Part shown: piece by piece, positions 44,352 through 52,328 of the stretch
How the letters are laid out: each line of letters begins with the position of its first letter
Position numbering within the stretch: position 1 is the stretch's first letter
From: an uncultured Alloprevotella sp.
Lineage (GTDB): Bacteria > Bacteroidota > Bacteroidia > Bacteroidales > Bacteroidaceae
NCBI GenBank assembly: GCA_944322325.1
Contig: CALUOQ010000006.1
Span: 75,134-139,133, forward strand
Length of the DNA: 64,000 bases
Reading direction: 5' to 3'
Translations under genes and position numbers: made by a program
Notes under the pieces: generated by a model
The model's database searches: none
Told to the model about the DNA's origin: nothing
Seen by the model: only the letters and a program-made list of their open reading frames with translations

Positions 44352-46970
44352 TTATTTGCCGCCGGCCCGTCCGTTCTGCGCAATCAGCGCGCGCACCGCC
44401 CCGTTGAACGCCGTCGCTCCCTCGAGCTGCTCCAGTGTCAGGTGCATACGGTACCGCCAGAAGTGGTGCGGGTTGGCCGGTTCGTTGATTTGCTCCGACT
44501 CGGGATGCGGGTTCCGCAGGTTTTCATCCATGGCCAGCCAGTCCTGCCACGCCAGCAGGCACAACATCGAGGGGCTTTGCAGATGACGCTCCACCACCCA
44601 GCGGCAGCCGGCCGCGTCGAGCTCGGCGGGTGGCTCCCCACTCCGTCCCATCACGTTGTTCCAGTACGCTTGGGCTGCGTCGCGCTGTTGCGCCCACCAC
44701 AGGCGCAGGGGCGGCATGTCGTGCGTGGCGATGGTCGCCACGGAGAGGTAGGGATTACGCGCCGGGTCGCCGAACTGCACGTAGGGTTCCTTGGGCATAC
44801 GCTGAATCTCCAGCGAAAGGATTTCCAGCTGCTCCAGCACGCCCTTCACCGAGGCCGGCACCATACCCAGGTCCTCCGCGCAGGCCAACATCCGCGCACT
44901 GCCGACGACGGCCGGCAGTTTCTTCATCGCCTCATCGCGCCAGAAGGCGTTGTGGCGGTGGTAGAAGAAATCGTCGTAAAGCCGGTCGAACGCACGGCGC
45001 TGCCCGTCGTCGAGACTGCGGTAAGCCCGGGTCGACTGTGCCGCTACGCGAGGATGATACGCGTCCGCCCGATCGCCGTCGGGAAGGAACAGCACGTCGG
45101 CCACCGCCTCCATCAGGGCGTCGCGCAGTGTGTCGTCGGTCACGGCCTCGGCTATGGCCCGCTGCGTCGACCACTCCGGCCGCAGGGTCCAGCCCTCCGG
45201 CGTCTCCTCGAAGTACGTCTCCATCGTCTCCCGGCCAAACCGCCGGTCCAGGAAGTCACGCCCGAAACACGGCCGCGCATGTCGTTCCGCCACAAAGCGG
45301 AACCCGCCGTCCGCCATCTCCTCGCGCGTCAGCGGCAGCGCCGGTCGGAAATGTCCCAGCACGCCGTAGACGGCATGAGTCGGTATCTCCCAGATACGGA
45401 AGAAGCCCAGCACGTGGTCGATGCGGTAAGCGTCGAAATAGTCGGCCATGCCCCTCAACCGCGCCTGCCACCAGGCGTAGCCCTCGCGGCCCATCGCCTC
45501 CCAGTCGTAAGTCGGGAAGCCCCAGTTCTGCCCGTTGACGGCAAAGGCGTCGGGCGGCGCGCCGGCCTGTCCGTCGAAATGGAACAGCCGGCCGTCCACC
45601 CACGCCGGAACGCTGCACCGGCAAACGCCTATCGGGATGTCGCCCTTCAGCATCACGCCGAGACGCCTCGCCTCGCGGTGGGCCGCACTCATCTGTCGGT
45701 GGAGTTCGAACTGCAGATACAGGTAGAAGTCCACTTCGTGGCGGAAGCCGTCCTCACGAAGCCGCCGGTCGTCGAGGCGCGCCGCGTCGTACCGGCTCCA
45801 CTTGCCCCACCGGGCAAAGTCGGCCGTGCCCTGCTCGTCCCTGAGACAGCAGAAATAGGCATACGGCAGGAGCCACGACCGGCGGGCGGCGAAATAGGCC
45901 AAGAACTCAGCCGAACGCATCGTCGCCTCACCCCGTCGCTCGAAACAATATCGCGCGAAGGCCATTTTCTGCTGCATCACGGCCTCGTAGTCCACGGCGT
46001 CGAGGGCGTTGAGCCGGCGGCGATCCGCCTCGTTCGCGGCGTACTCATCCGCCAAGTCCGGTTCGGCCAAGGCCTCAAGGTCCAGATAGAGTGGATGGAG
46101 AGCGAAGACGGAAATGCCGCTGTAGGGGTAGGAGTCGCGCCAGGTGTGCGAACTTGTCGTGTCGTTAATCGGGAGCACCTGCACGGCCCGCATCCCCACG
46201 CTGGCCGCCCAGCGGACCATGCGCGTCAGGTCGGTAAAGTCGCCTACGCCCCAGCTCCGCTCGCTGCGCAGCGAGAACACGGGAATGACCACGCCCGCCA
46301 GCCGAGGCAGTTCGCCGCCGGGTCCGGCCCACAGGTCGTCGAGGCGGACAGGACCGGCCGCCACCTCGACGCGACGGTTGTCCCGGTTTTCCCAAACCAG
46401 CGAACCGTCAGGTCGGACACGCACGTATTTATATTCCACGCATCCGGCCGAAGCGGGAACGGGCACCTCCGTATACCAACGGTTACCCCCCAAGGGACTG
46501 AGACGGCGTACGCCGCCCAGCTGCCAGTCGCCCAGTTCCGCCACCGAGCCGAGCAGGCCCCAGGTCTCGCCCACAGGCAGGTCGGGCGCAGACAGACAGA
46601 ACTGTACCCCGACCAGTGGCGGCAGGGCCAGCTCCGTCGCCCGGCCCGGCAGGCGGTCCAGCACGCCCGGCACACGACCGTCAGCCCAACTGTCCGCCAG
46701 CCGGAACGAGCCATCGCCGCCTGGCAGGGTCGCCGAGTGGCTCACGCCGCGCTCAAAGGCAACAACCGCACCCTCGCGCATCACGCCGTAACGGTACGTC
46801 AGCCGACCGTGCCCTTGCAGGCACAGCCCGGCTTGCCAGTGATGGCCGTCGCCGGTCGACAAGGGCAATCGGCCGGTTACGCCCGGTCCGTCCCCGTCAA
46901 TCCATTCATAATCCAGAAAAACACACTCGCCCCAACGGGTGCGATAGTCTATGCTAAAATCTATCCTCAT
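44352..46970 (-). CDS. malQ: 4-alpha-glucanotransferase (GH77) with N-terminal CBM20-like starch-binding modules
   Basis: ORF 44352..47009, with the start at ATG 46970 (MRIDFSIDYRTRWGE) downstream of a -7 box. GH77 motifs 'YRIDHVLGFFRIW', 'GDIPIGV' and 'ACAEDLGMVP' are present. Confidence 0.85.
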   Translation of the reverse strand: MRIDFSIDYRTRWGECVFLDYEWIDGDGPGVTGRLPLSTGDGHHWQAGLCLQGHGRLTYRYGVMREGAVVAFERGVSHSATLPGGDGSFRLADSWADGRVPGVLDRLPGRATELALPPLVGVQFCLSAPDLPVGETWGLLGSVAELGDWQLGGVRRLSPLGGNRWYTEVPVPASAGCVEYKYVRVRPDGSLVWENRDNRRVEVAAGPVRLDDLWAGPGGELPRLAGVVIPVFSLRSERSWGVGDFTDLTRMVRWAASVGMRAVQVLPINDTTSSHTWRDSYPYSGISVFALHPLYLDLEALAEPDLADEYAANEADRRRLNALDAVDYEAVMQQKMAFARYCFERRGEATMRSAEFLAYFAARRSWLLPYAYFCCLRDEQGTADFARWGKWSRYDAARLDDRRLREDGFRHEVDFYLYLQFELHRQMSAAHREARRLGVMLKGDIPIGVCRCSVPAWVDGRLFHFDGQAGAPPDAFAVNGQNWGFPTYDWEAMGREGYAWWQARLRGMADYFDAYRIDHVLGFFRIWEIPTHAVYGVLGHFRPALPLTREEMADGGFRFVAERHARPCFGRDFLDRRFGRETMETYFEETPEGWTLRPEWSTQRAIAEAVTDDTLRDALMEAVADVLFLPDGDRADAYHPRVAAQSTRAYRSLDDGQRRAFDRLYDDFFYHRHNAFWRDEAMKKLPAVVGSARMLACAEDLGMVPASVKGVLEQLEILSLEIQRMPKEPYVQFGDPARNPYLSVATIATHDMPPLRLWWAQQRDAAQAYWNNVMGRSGEPPAELDAAGCRWVVERHLQSPSMLCLLAWQDWLAMDENLRNPHPESEQINEPANPHHFWRYRMHLTLEQLEGATAFNGAVRALIAQNGRAGGK

Positions 46971-47006
46971 ACTGCGATAATCGTTAAAACTGCGGCTCTG
47001 CGGCCG

Positions 47007-47014
47007 CAAATCTA
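47007..47014 (-). promoter_or_regulatory. -7 box TAGATTTG upstream of malQ
   Basis: 36 nt upstream of ATG 46970. It overlaps the first ATG of the longer ORF. Confidence 0.4.
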
Positions 47015-47370
47015 CCTAAAATAACGAAGAATCGGCGAAAAAAACGCGACTTCCTTGCTCGCTTTTGAAATTAGCCGTATATTTGCCCTTAGAAAAAGGC
47101 TGTATCGGTTCGATCGGGGGTCTCATCAATAATATCTGAATACCGAGAAAGCTACTCCGCTCAATGGCGGGCCGACACGACGCAGTCGGGGTCGGATTAC
47201 AGAGAACGGAGAGGCACTCAAATCTTACTTTATCTCGGAGTTCCATCACATCGCCGGTACAGCCTCTTTTCTTTTTTTTCGCCCGGCCCTGCCTGCCGCA
47301 TTCTTCCTTCCGTTTTCTGAATCCCGTCTGCTGCCCGACCGCATAGCATCCGTCTTTCGCGTAAATACGT

Positions 47371-48170
47371 ACAGCTTTTGCGCCACGCGTCGCCCTGCCC
47401 TCGCGCTCCCTGAAACCGAACCCACGTAGGGGCGCGCCGACAGGCACGCCCGCGAAACCGATTTCGTCCGAACCAGCCCGGCACCCGTGCGATGTGTGCG
47501 CCGGGCGGGCGTGCCTGTCGGCGCGCCCCTACCTGCCTCGCGGCCACCGCGTCATGCGCCGCCCTGCCTTCGCGCTCCTTGAAACCGAACCCACGTAGGG
47601 GCGCGCCGACAGGCGCGCCCGCGTACTCGACTTCGTCCGGACCAGACCGGAACCCGTGCGACGTATGCGCCAACCGGGCGTGCCTGTCGGCGCGCCCCTA
47701 CCTGCCTCACGGTCTTTGCGCCATGCGCCGCACGGACCTCGATTTTACAAGTACTACGATAGAAATTCCTATCGTAGTCTTAGGATTTTCTATCGTAGTA
47801 CTTGTTCTGTACGGGAACTACACTTGTTATTCCTGCGACGGAACCCACGTAGGGGCACGCCGACAGGCACGCCCGCGAAACCGATTTCGTCCGAACCAGC
47901 CCGGCACCCGCGCGACGTATGCGCCAACCGGGCGTGCCTGACGGCGCGCCCCTACCTGCCTCGCGGCCACGGAGTCACGCGCCGCCCTGCCTTCGCGCTC
48001 CTTGAAACCGAACCCACGTAGGGGCGCGCCGACAGGCACGCCCGCGAAGCCGACTTCGTCCGAACCAGCCCGGCACCCGCGCGACGTATGCGCCAACCGG
48101 GCGTGCCTGTCGGCGCGCCCCTACCTGCCTTGCGGCTTCAACGTCCTCATGGCTGCGGCGGCGCGCCATG
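47371..48170. repeat. Tandem array of four GC-rich 107-nt hairpin units (family B)
   Basis: The hairpins lie at 47426..47532, 47595..47701, 47849..47955 and 48018..48124. Each has 27-nt arms GTAGGGGCGCGCCGACAGGCACGCCCG / CGGGCGTGCCTGTCGGCGCGCCCCTAC (0-2 mismatches) around a conserved 53-nt loop. The linkers are conserved as well. The period is 169 bp, and 254 bp where A8 is inserted. Confidence 0.85.
47741..47830. repeat. Family-A element, copy A8, nested inside the family-B array
   Basis: 'ttttacaagtactacgatagaaattcctatcgtagtcttaggattttctatcgtagtacttgttctgtacgggaactacacttgtt'. Confidence 0.8.
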
Positions 48171-48199
48171 CAAACACACAGCGGCCTGCGCTTAGCGCC

Positions 48200-48757
48200 C
48201 TACTGCCAGTACTTGCAGTCCAGCTCGAGGAACACGGAAGTATAGGGCAAGAGCAAGCTCGTCTTGACGATGACCACGTTGAACGTGCGGCTCACGCTGT
48301 CCAGCCGGTTAATCAGGTCCTCGTGCCGCACGGCCTTCACGTCCCAGCCCTTCAGCAACTTGGCCGTCTCGGCCTTGTACGCCTCAATGCCCGGGCAGTT
48401 TGCGTCAGTCAGGTCCTGTAATTCCAGGTCCTGATACACGTGGGGCCTCACGTGCGGGCTGTCATTCACGGCTTTAACGAGGTGAGCCATGACGTCGGCG
48501 TATGGGCCGTCGGCATACAGCGTCGTGATGCCCTCCCGCGCCTGTAGGGGATAGGCCATGTCCGTCACGACGATCCAGTTCCGGTGCCCGAGCAGGGGCA
48601 GCAGTTCTTCGAGTTTCGTTTTCCAGTCTTTCATGTTGGATGTGCTTTGTTCTGCTTGCGGATGGTTGCCTGGCTCGGCGCCTCCGCCCTGACAGGCCGT
48701 GAGGGCGCCCAAGGCGAACGCCATTCCCGCGCAGATGGGTTTAACGTGAAGTTTCAT
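48200..48757 (-). CDS. RbsD/FucU-like (sugar mutarotase family) lipoprotein
   Basis: 185 aa. Has a lipobox 'GALTAC'. 'LLPLLGHRNWIVVTDMAYP' aligns by eye with the 'L.E.GHGDEIVI.DA.FP' motif of FucU/RbsD. The C-terminal 'VVIVKTS...PYTSVFL' resembles the family end. Confidence 0.55.
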   Translation of the reverse strand: MKLHVKPICAGMAFALGALTACQGGGAEPGNHPQAEQSTSNMKDWKTKLEELLPLLGHRNWIVVTDMAYPLQAREGITTLYADGPYADVMAHLVKAVNDSPHVRPHVYQDLELQDLTDANCPGIEAYKAETAKLLKGWDVKAVRHEDLINRLDSVSRTFNVVIVKTSLLLPYTSVFLELDCKYWQ

Positions 48758-48792
48758 TTTAAGTTTTAGCGTAGAGATGAATAATTACAGAG

Positions 48793-48800
48793 CAAAGGTA
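48793..48800 (-). promoter_or_regulatory. -7 box TACCTTTG upstream of the RbsD/FucU-like gene
   Basis: 35 nt upstream of ATG 48757. Confidence 0.45.
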
Positions 48801-48807
48801 CGAATTT

Positions 48808-49746
48808 CTACTCAGGTTCCACCTCCATGGATGGCACCCATTGGCGGCGGAAGTCCTCGGGCCACTGGTGCGTCTCGCGCTGAAAGAAGCGCCTGAAATA
48901 GTTCACGTCCGGTAAACCCAACTCGCGCACAATTTCAAGAATAGGCCTATCCGAATAAGCCAGCATCTGCTTCGCCTTAAGTATATACCAATCATGCATC
49001 ACCTGTAGCGGCGTCACGCCGGCCACGTCGCTTGTGACTCGTTGCAGCTTTCGCATGGACAGTCCCAGCATCTCGGCGTAATCATTTACTTTAAGCGCCT
49101 CCTTGTAGTGCTGCTCCAGCAATTGCTGAAAGCGGTAAAACGTGTGCAGTTGTTTTTGACTTTGAGACTTCTGGCTGTCCGGCCAAACACAGTGCCGCCT
49201 GAAAAACACGAAAAGCAGCGTGAGGTGAGCCGCCAGGCAGTCCCAATGCGCATCCAGGAACTTGCCCGTCGTCTGTTCCCGCCCGATGCGGTCCAACAAG
49301 TCGCGCAGTTCGTCCTCGGCCTCGGGCGGCACGTCGCAGTAGGGTACACGCCGGTAACGGTTGAACAGGCCGAATTCAAAATCCTCGGCCAGCTGCGCGT
49401 TGACTAAGGGCAGCGCGTCGCGCCCCAACAGCAGGCTGACGCCCGCCTCGCCACACATATTATTATAAGCGTGCATCTGGTCGGCCGAAAGGAAGAATAC
49501 GCGGCCCGGGCGTACCTCATGCGGCTCGAAGTCGACGATGTGCGTCCCCCGGCCGGCGGTGAACCACAACACGGAGTGGAACCCGTGCGAGTGCACCGTT
49601 TCCTTCATCTTCGGATGGACAACCGCCGCCTCGTCGAAGGCCGCCACGTCGCAATAGAACGGGCTTCCCGACCCGTCGTTCAGCTCGTAATGCAACCGTT
49701 CTGCCCCGTCCACTTTTCGGATCGTTCTTTCGTAACAATGGTTCAT
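48808..49746 (-). CDS. AraC family transcriptional regulator (cupin N-domain + HTH_18)
   Basis: 312 aa. The C-terminal double HTH includes 'VNDYAEMLGLSMRKLQRVTSDVAGVTPLQVMHDWYILKAKQML' and 'ILEIVRELGLPDVNYFRRFFQRETH'. Confidence 0.85.
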   Translation of the reverse strand: MNHCYERTIRKVDGAERLHYELNDGSGSPFYCDVAAFDEAAVVHPKMKETVHSHGFHSVLWFTAGRGTHIVDFEPHEVRPGRVFFLSADQMHAYNNMCGEAGVSLLLGRDALPLVNAQLAEDFEFGLFNRYRRVPYCDVPPEAEDELRDLLDRIGREQTTGKFLDAHWDCLAAHLTLLFVFFRRHCVWPDSQKSQSQKQLHTFYRFQQLLEQHYKEALKVNDYAEMLGLSMRKLQRVTSDVAGVTPLQVMHDWYILKAKQMLAYSDRPILEIVRELGLPDVNYFRRFFQRETHQWPEDFRRQWVPSMEVEPE

Positions 49747-49763
49747 GGCTTCCGTTTTGCCCG

Positions 49764-49771
49764 CAAAAGTA
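49764..49771 (-). promoter_or_regulatory. -7 box TACTTTTG upstream of the AraC gene
   Basis: 17 nt upstream of ATG 49746. It shares the divergent intergenic region with the cassette promoter. Confidence 0.4.
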
Positions 49772-49878
49772 GGGGAAATCTCCGAAACGACGAGGGAAAA
49801 CCGTCCCTCACCTGCATTTTGTCCGAAAATTACGGAAATCTGTCGCGTTTTTACTTGGCGAATGCAGGCATCGCCCCC

Positions 49879-49886
49879 TAAATTTG
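49879..49886 (+). promoter_or_regulatory. -7 box TAAATTTG upstream of the glycosyltransferase/rSAM/peptide cassette
   Basis: 32 nt upstream of ATG 49919. It is the only such box I see before 53964 on this strand. Confidence 0.45.
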
Positions 49887-49918
49887 CAAGCGAAGAAACA
49901 AACTAAAAATCAACAGTC

Positions 49919-52321
49919 ATGCCCACCTCGCCCGCCATATCCGTCTGCATGTCGATGTACAACGCCGCACCCTACCTGCGCGAGTGCATCGACAGTGTGC
50001 TGGCCCAGACGTTAGCGGACTTCGAGTTCATCATCGTCGACGACGGGTCGGAGGACGACAGCGCGACGATCGTGGCCTCGTATGCCGACCCGCGCATCCG
50101 GCTGATACGGGGCGATCACGACTACGTGGCCTCGCTCAACCGCTCGCTCGACGAGGCGCGGGGCCGCTACGTCGCCCGCATGGACGCCGACGACGTGATG
50201 CACCCCGAGCGCCTGGCGCGGCAGTTCGCCTATATGGAGGCGCACCCCGACGTCGACCTGACGGGTGGTCGCATGACGGCCTTTCGCGACGACATCGGCA
50301 CCCCGCTGTTCGAGCTCTACGTCCGCGAGGGGCGCCTCGACCTGGCCGACCTGCTCGACGGCTGCTGCATCTGCCACCCCACGGTGATGGTGCGCACCGA
50401 GCGCCTCAACGCGCCGGCCCGGCTGCGCTATCGCAAAGAGTGGGTCTACGCCGAGGACTACGACCTGTGGGTCGAGATGCTCGGCCACGGCCTGCGCCTC
50501 GTCAACCTGCCCGACATCATGGCCTACTACCGCCTCCACTCCGGCCAGATCACCGCCTGCCGCCGCGACGAGCAGGGCGAGAAGTCAGGCGCCATACGCG
50601 AACGCGCCCTGCGGCTTATCGGCCAGCTGACGGACGAAGCCTTCACCGAGGAGGCCGACGTGCCCGCCTCCACCAGGCGGCTGACCGTCGTCATGCCCTT
50701 CCTGAACGAAGGCGAGGAGGTCGGCCGCACCGTGCGCAGCATCCGCCAGACGGCGGGCGACTCGGTCGACATCCTCGTCCTCAACGACGATTCCGACGAC
50801 GGCTACGACTACGAGGCCGACCTGGCCGGACTCGGCGTCACCTACCTGCACAACCGCCACCGTCTCGGCGCCGCCTTAGCCAAGGAGCGCGGCGCCCGGC
50901 TGGCCCGGACGCCTTATTTTATGTTGCTCGACGCCCACATGCGTTTCTACGAGCCGGGCTGGGCCGACTACGTGGCCGACGAGCTCGACCGCGACTCCCA
51001 GCGCCTCCTCTGTAGCAAGTCCATCTCGCTGCAAAAGGACGAGCAGGGCCACGTCGCACCGGCCCCCGACACCTGCTCGCCGCAGGGCGCCTACCTGATG
51101 TTCCTCTCGCAAAAGAACGTCCCTGCCATCGACTGGAACAACTACGAGGAACGCCTGCCCACCTGTGCCGAAAACCAGATTCCCTGCGTGCTCGGTGCCG
51201 GCTATGCCACCTCCAAGACTTACTGGCAAAAGATTCGCGGCCTCCAGGGCCTCGTCCATTACGGCTGCGAGGAGGCTTACATCAGCATCAAGGCCTGGAA
51301 GGAGGGCGGGGGCTGCTACCTACTGCCCCGGCTGGCCATCGGGCACATCTACCGCAAGGCTTTCCCTTACAAGGTCCACTCCTTCCTTTACCTGTATAAC
51401 TACCTCGCCATCAGCGAGCTGCTTTTCCCCACGTCCGAGCGGTACTTCGCCAAGGCCGTGGCGTGGCAGCTGAACAAGAAAGCCCTCCACACGACGCTGG
51501 AGTTCATGGACACACGCCGCGAGCTGAACCAGGAACTGAAAGCCTGCTACCGCACCCTCCGCCGGCACGACTTCGCCTACGTCAAGCGCCTGAACGAAAT
51601 TTGCCGCAAGGTGGCCCAGCGCGTCAACCGCATCTCCGACGACGAGGCGGCACAGGCCATGGACTTCCTGACCGAGCGCCGCCAGACCCTCGGCGGCATC
51701 GGCTTGTTCGACGGCCTGGCGGGCGCCCTCATCGCCACCCTGCTGTACGTCGAGGCCGGCCACGAGACGCAGGAGAGCCTCGCCGCGGAACTGTGGGAGC
51801 GCCTCTCGTCCCAGCTGTCGCAGCCCCACAACCTCTCGTTCCGCTCGGGGCTGACCGGCGTCGGCTGGGCGCTGATTTACGCCGCCTCCCACGGGCTCAT
51901 AGAGGACAGCATCGACGCGGAGCTCGCCCTGATCGACCGGCAGGTGGCCACGCTCAGCCTGCGGCGCTGCGACGATCTGTCGTTCCTCGACGGGCTGGGC
52001 GGCATCTACGCCTACGTCACGGCGCGCCTCGGCTACGACCGGCGGCGCGGCCTGCCCGAGGCGACGTTCGCGCCCGGTTTCCTCGAGGAGATGGACGCCG
52101 AGGCACGCCGCGTGCTGACCGACTCCGACGACTGGCGCACGAAAAATTTCGCCGGACAGTTCACCGAGCGCCACGCCGACGACTGGGAAATCCTCGCCCC
52201 GGAGTTTCCCGAAATCGTCGAACTGCCCGACTACCTGCCCAACGACGTAGGCAAATGGCAGCTCACGCTGCCGGGCATCGTCGGCTCGGTCATCAACAAA
52301 CTCATCAACGAATTCCATTAA
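49919..52321 (+). CDS. Tandem GT-A glycosyltransferase fused to a LanC-like helical-repeat C-terminal domain
   Basis: 800 aa.
- Module 1 (residues about 6-230) is a classic GT2 ('ISVCMSMYNAAPYLRECIDSVLAQT', 'IIVDDGSED', DxD 'RMDADD').
- Module 2 (about 255-485) has 'VVMPFLNEGEEVGRTVRSI', a DxH at 'LLDAHMRF' (50930..50938) and 'GCEEAYISIKAWKEGGGCYLLPRLAIGHIYRK', which resembles the polypeptide-GalNAc-transferase (GT27) catalytic core.
- Residues about 590-705 carry three 'G(L/I)xxG(L/G)xG' repeats reminiscent of LanC, without obvious Zn ligands. Confidence 0.8.
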   Translation: MPTSPAISVCMSMYNAAPYLRECIDSVLAQTLADFEFIIVDDGSEDDSATIVASYADPRIRLIRGDHDYVASLNRSLDEARGRYVARMDADDVMHPERLARQFAYMEAHPDVDLTGGRMTAFRDDIGTPLFELYVREGRLDLADLLDGCCICHPTVMVRTERLNAPARLRYRKEWVYAEDYDLWVEMLGHGLRLVNLPDIMAYYRLHSGQITACRRDEQGEKSGAIRERALRLIGQLTDEAFTEEADVPASTRRLTVVMPFLNEGEEVGRTVRSIRQTAGDSVDILVLNDDSDDGYDYEADLAGLGVTYLHNRHRLGAALAKERGARLARTPYFMLLDAHMRFYEPGWADYVADELDRDSQRLLCSKSISLQKDEQGHVAPAPDTCSPQGAYLMFLSQKNVPAIDWNNYEERLPTCAENQIPCVLGAGYATSKTYWQKIRGLQGLVHYGCEEAYISIKAWKEGGGCYLLPRLAIGHIYRKAFPYKVHSFLYLYNYLAISELLFPTSERYFAKAVAWQLNKKALHTTLEFMDTRRELNQELKACYRTLRRHDFAYVKRLNEICRKVAQRVNRISDDEAAQAMDFLTERRQTLGGIGLFDGLAGALIATLLYVEAGHETQESLAAELWERLSSQLSQPHNLSFRSGLTGVGWALIYAASHGLIEDSIDAELALIDRQVATLSLRRCDDLSFLDGLGGIYAYVTARLGYDRRRGLPEATFAPGFLEEMDAEARRVLTDSDDWRTKNFAGQFTERHADDWEILAPEFPEIVELPDYLPNDVGKWQLTLPGIVGSVINKLINEFH

Positions 52322-52328
52322 ACTACCT

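Noticed and set aside
44028-47024. 998-aa ORF antisense to malQ and the CDF transporter
   Set aside because: It spans two independent genes and their intergenic promoter region, and it is P/R/A/G-rich. It is not a plausible protein.
47371-48170. Possible CRISPR array
   Set aside because: The repeating unit is 169 bp, not 24-48 bp. Each unit is itself a 107-nt hairpin. The 'spacers' (linkers and loops) are conserved between units rather than unique. No cas genes or leader are nearby.
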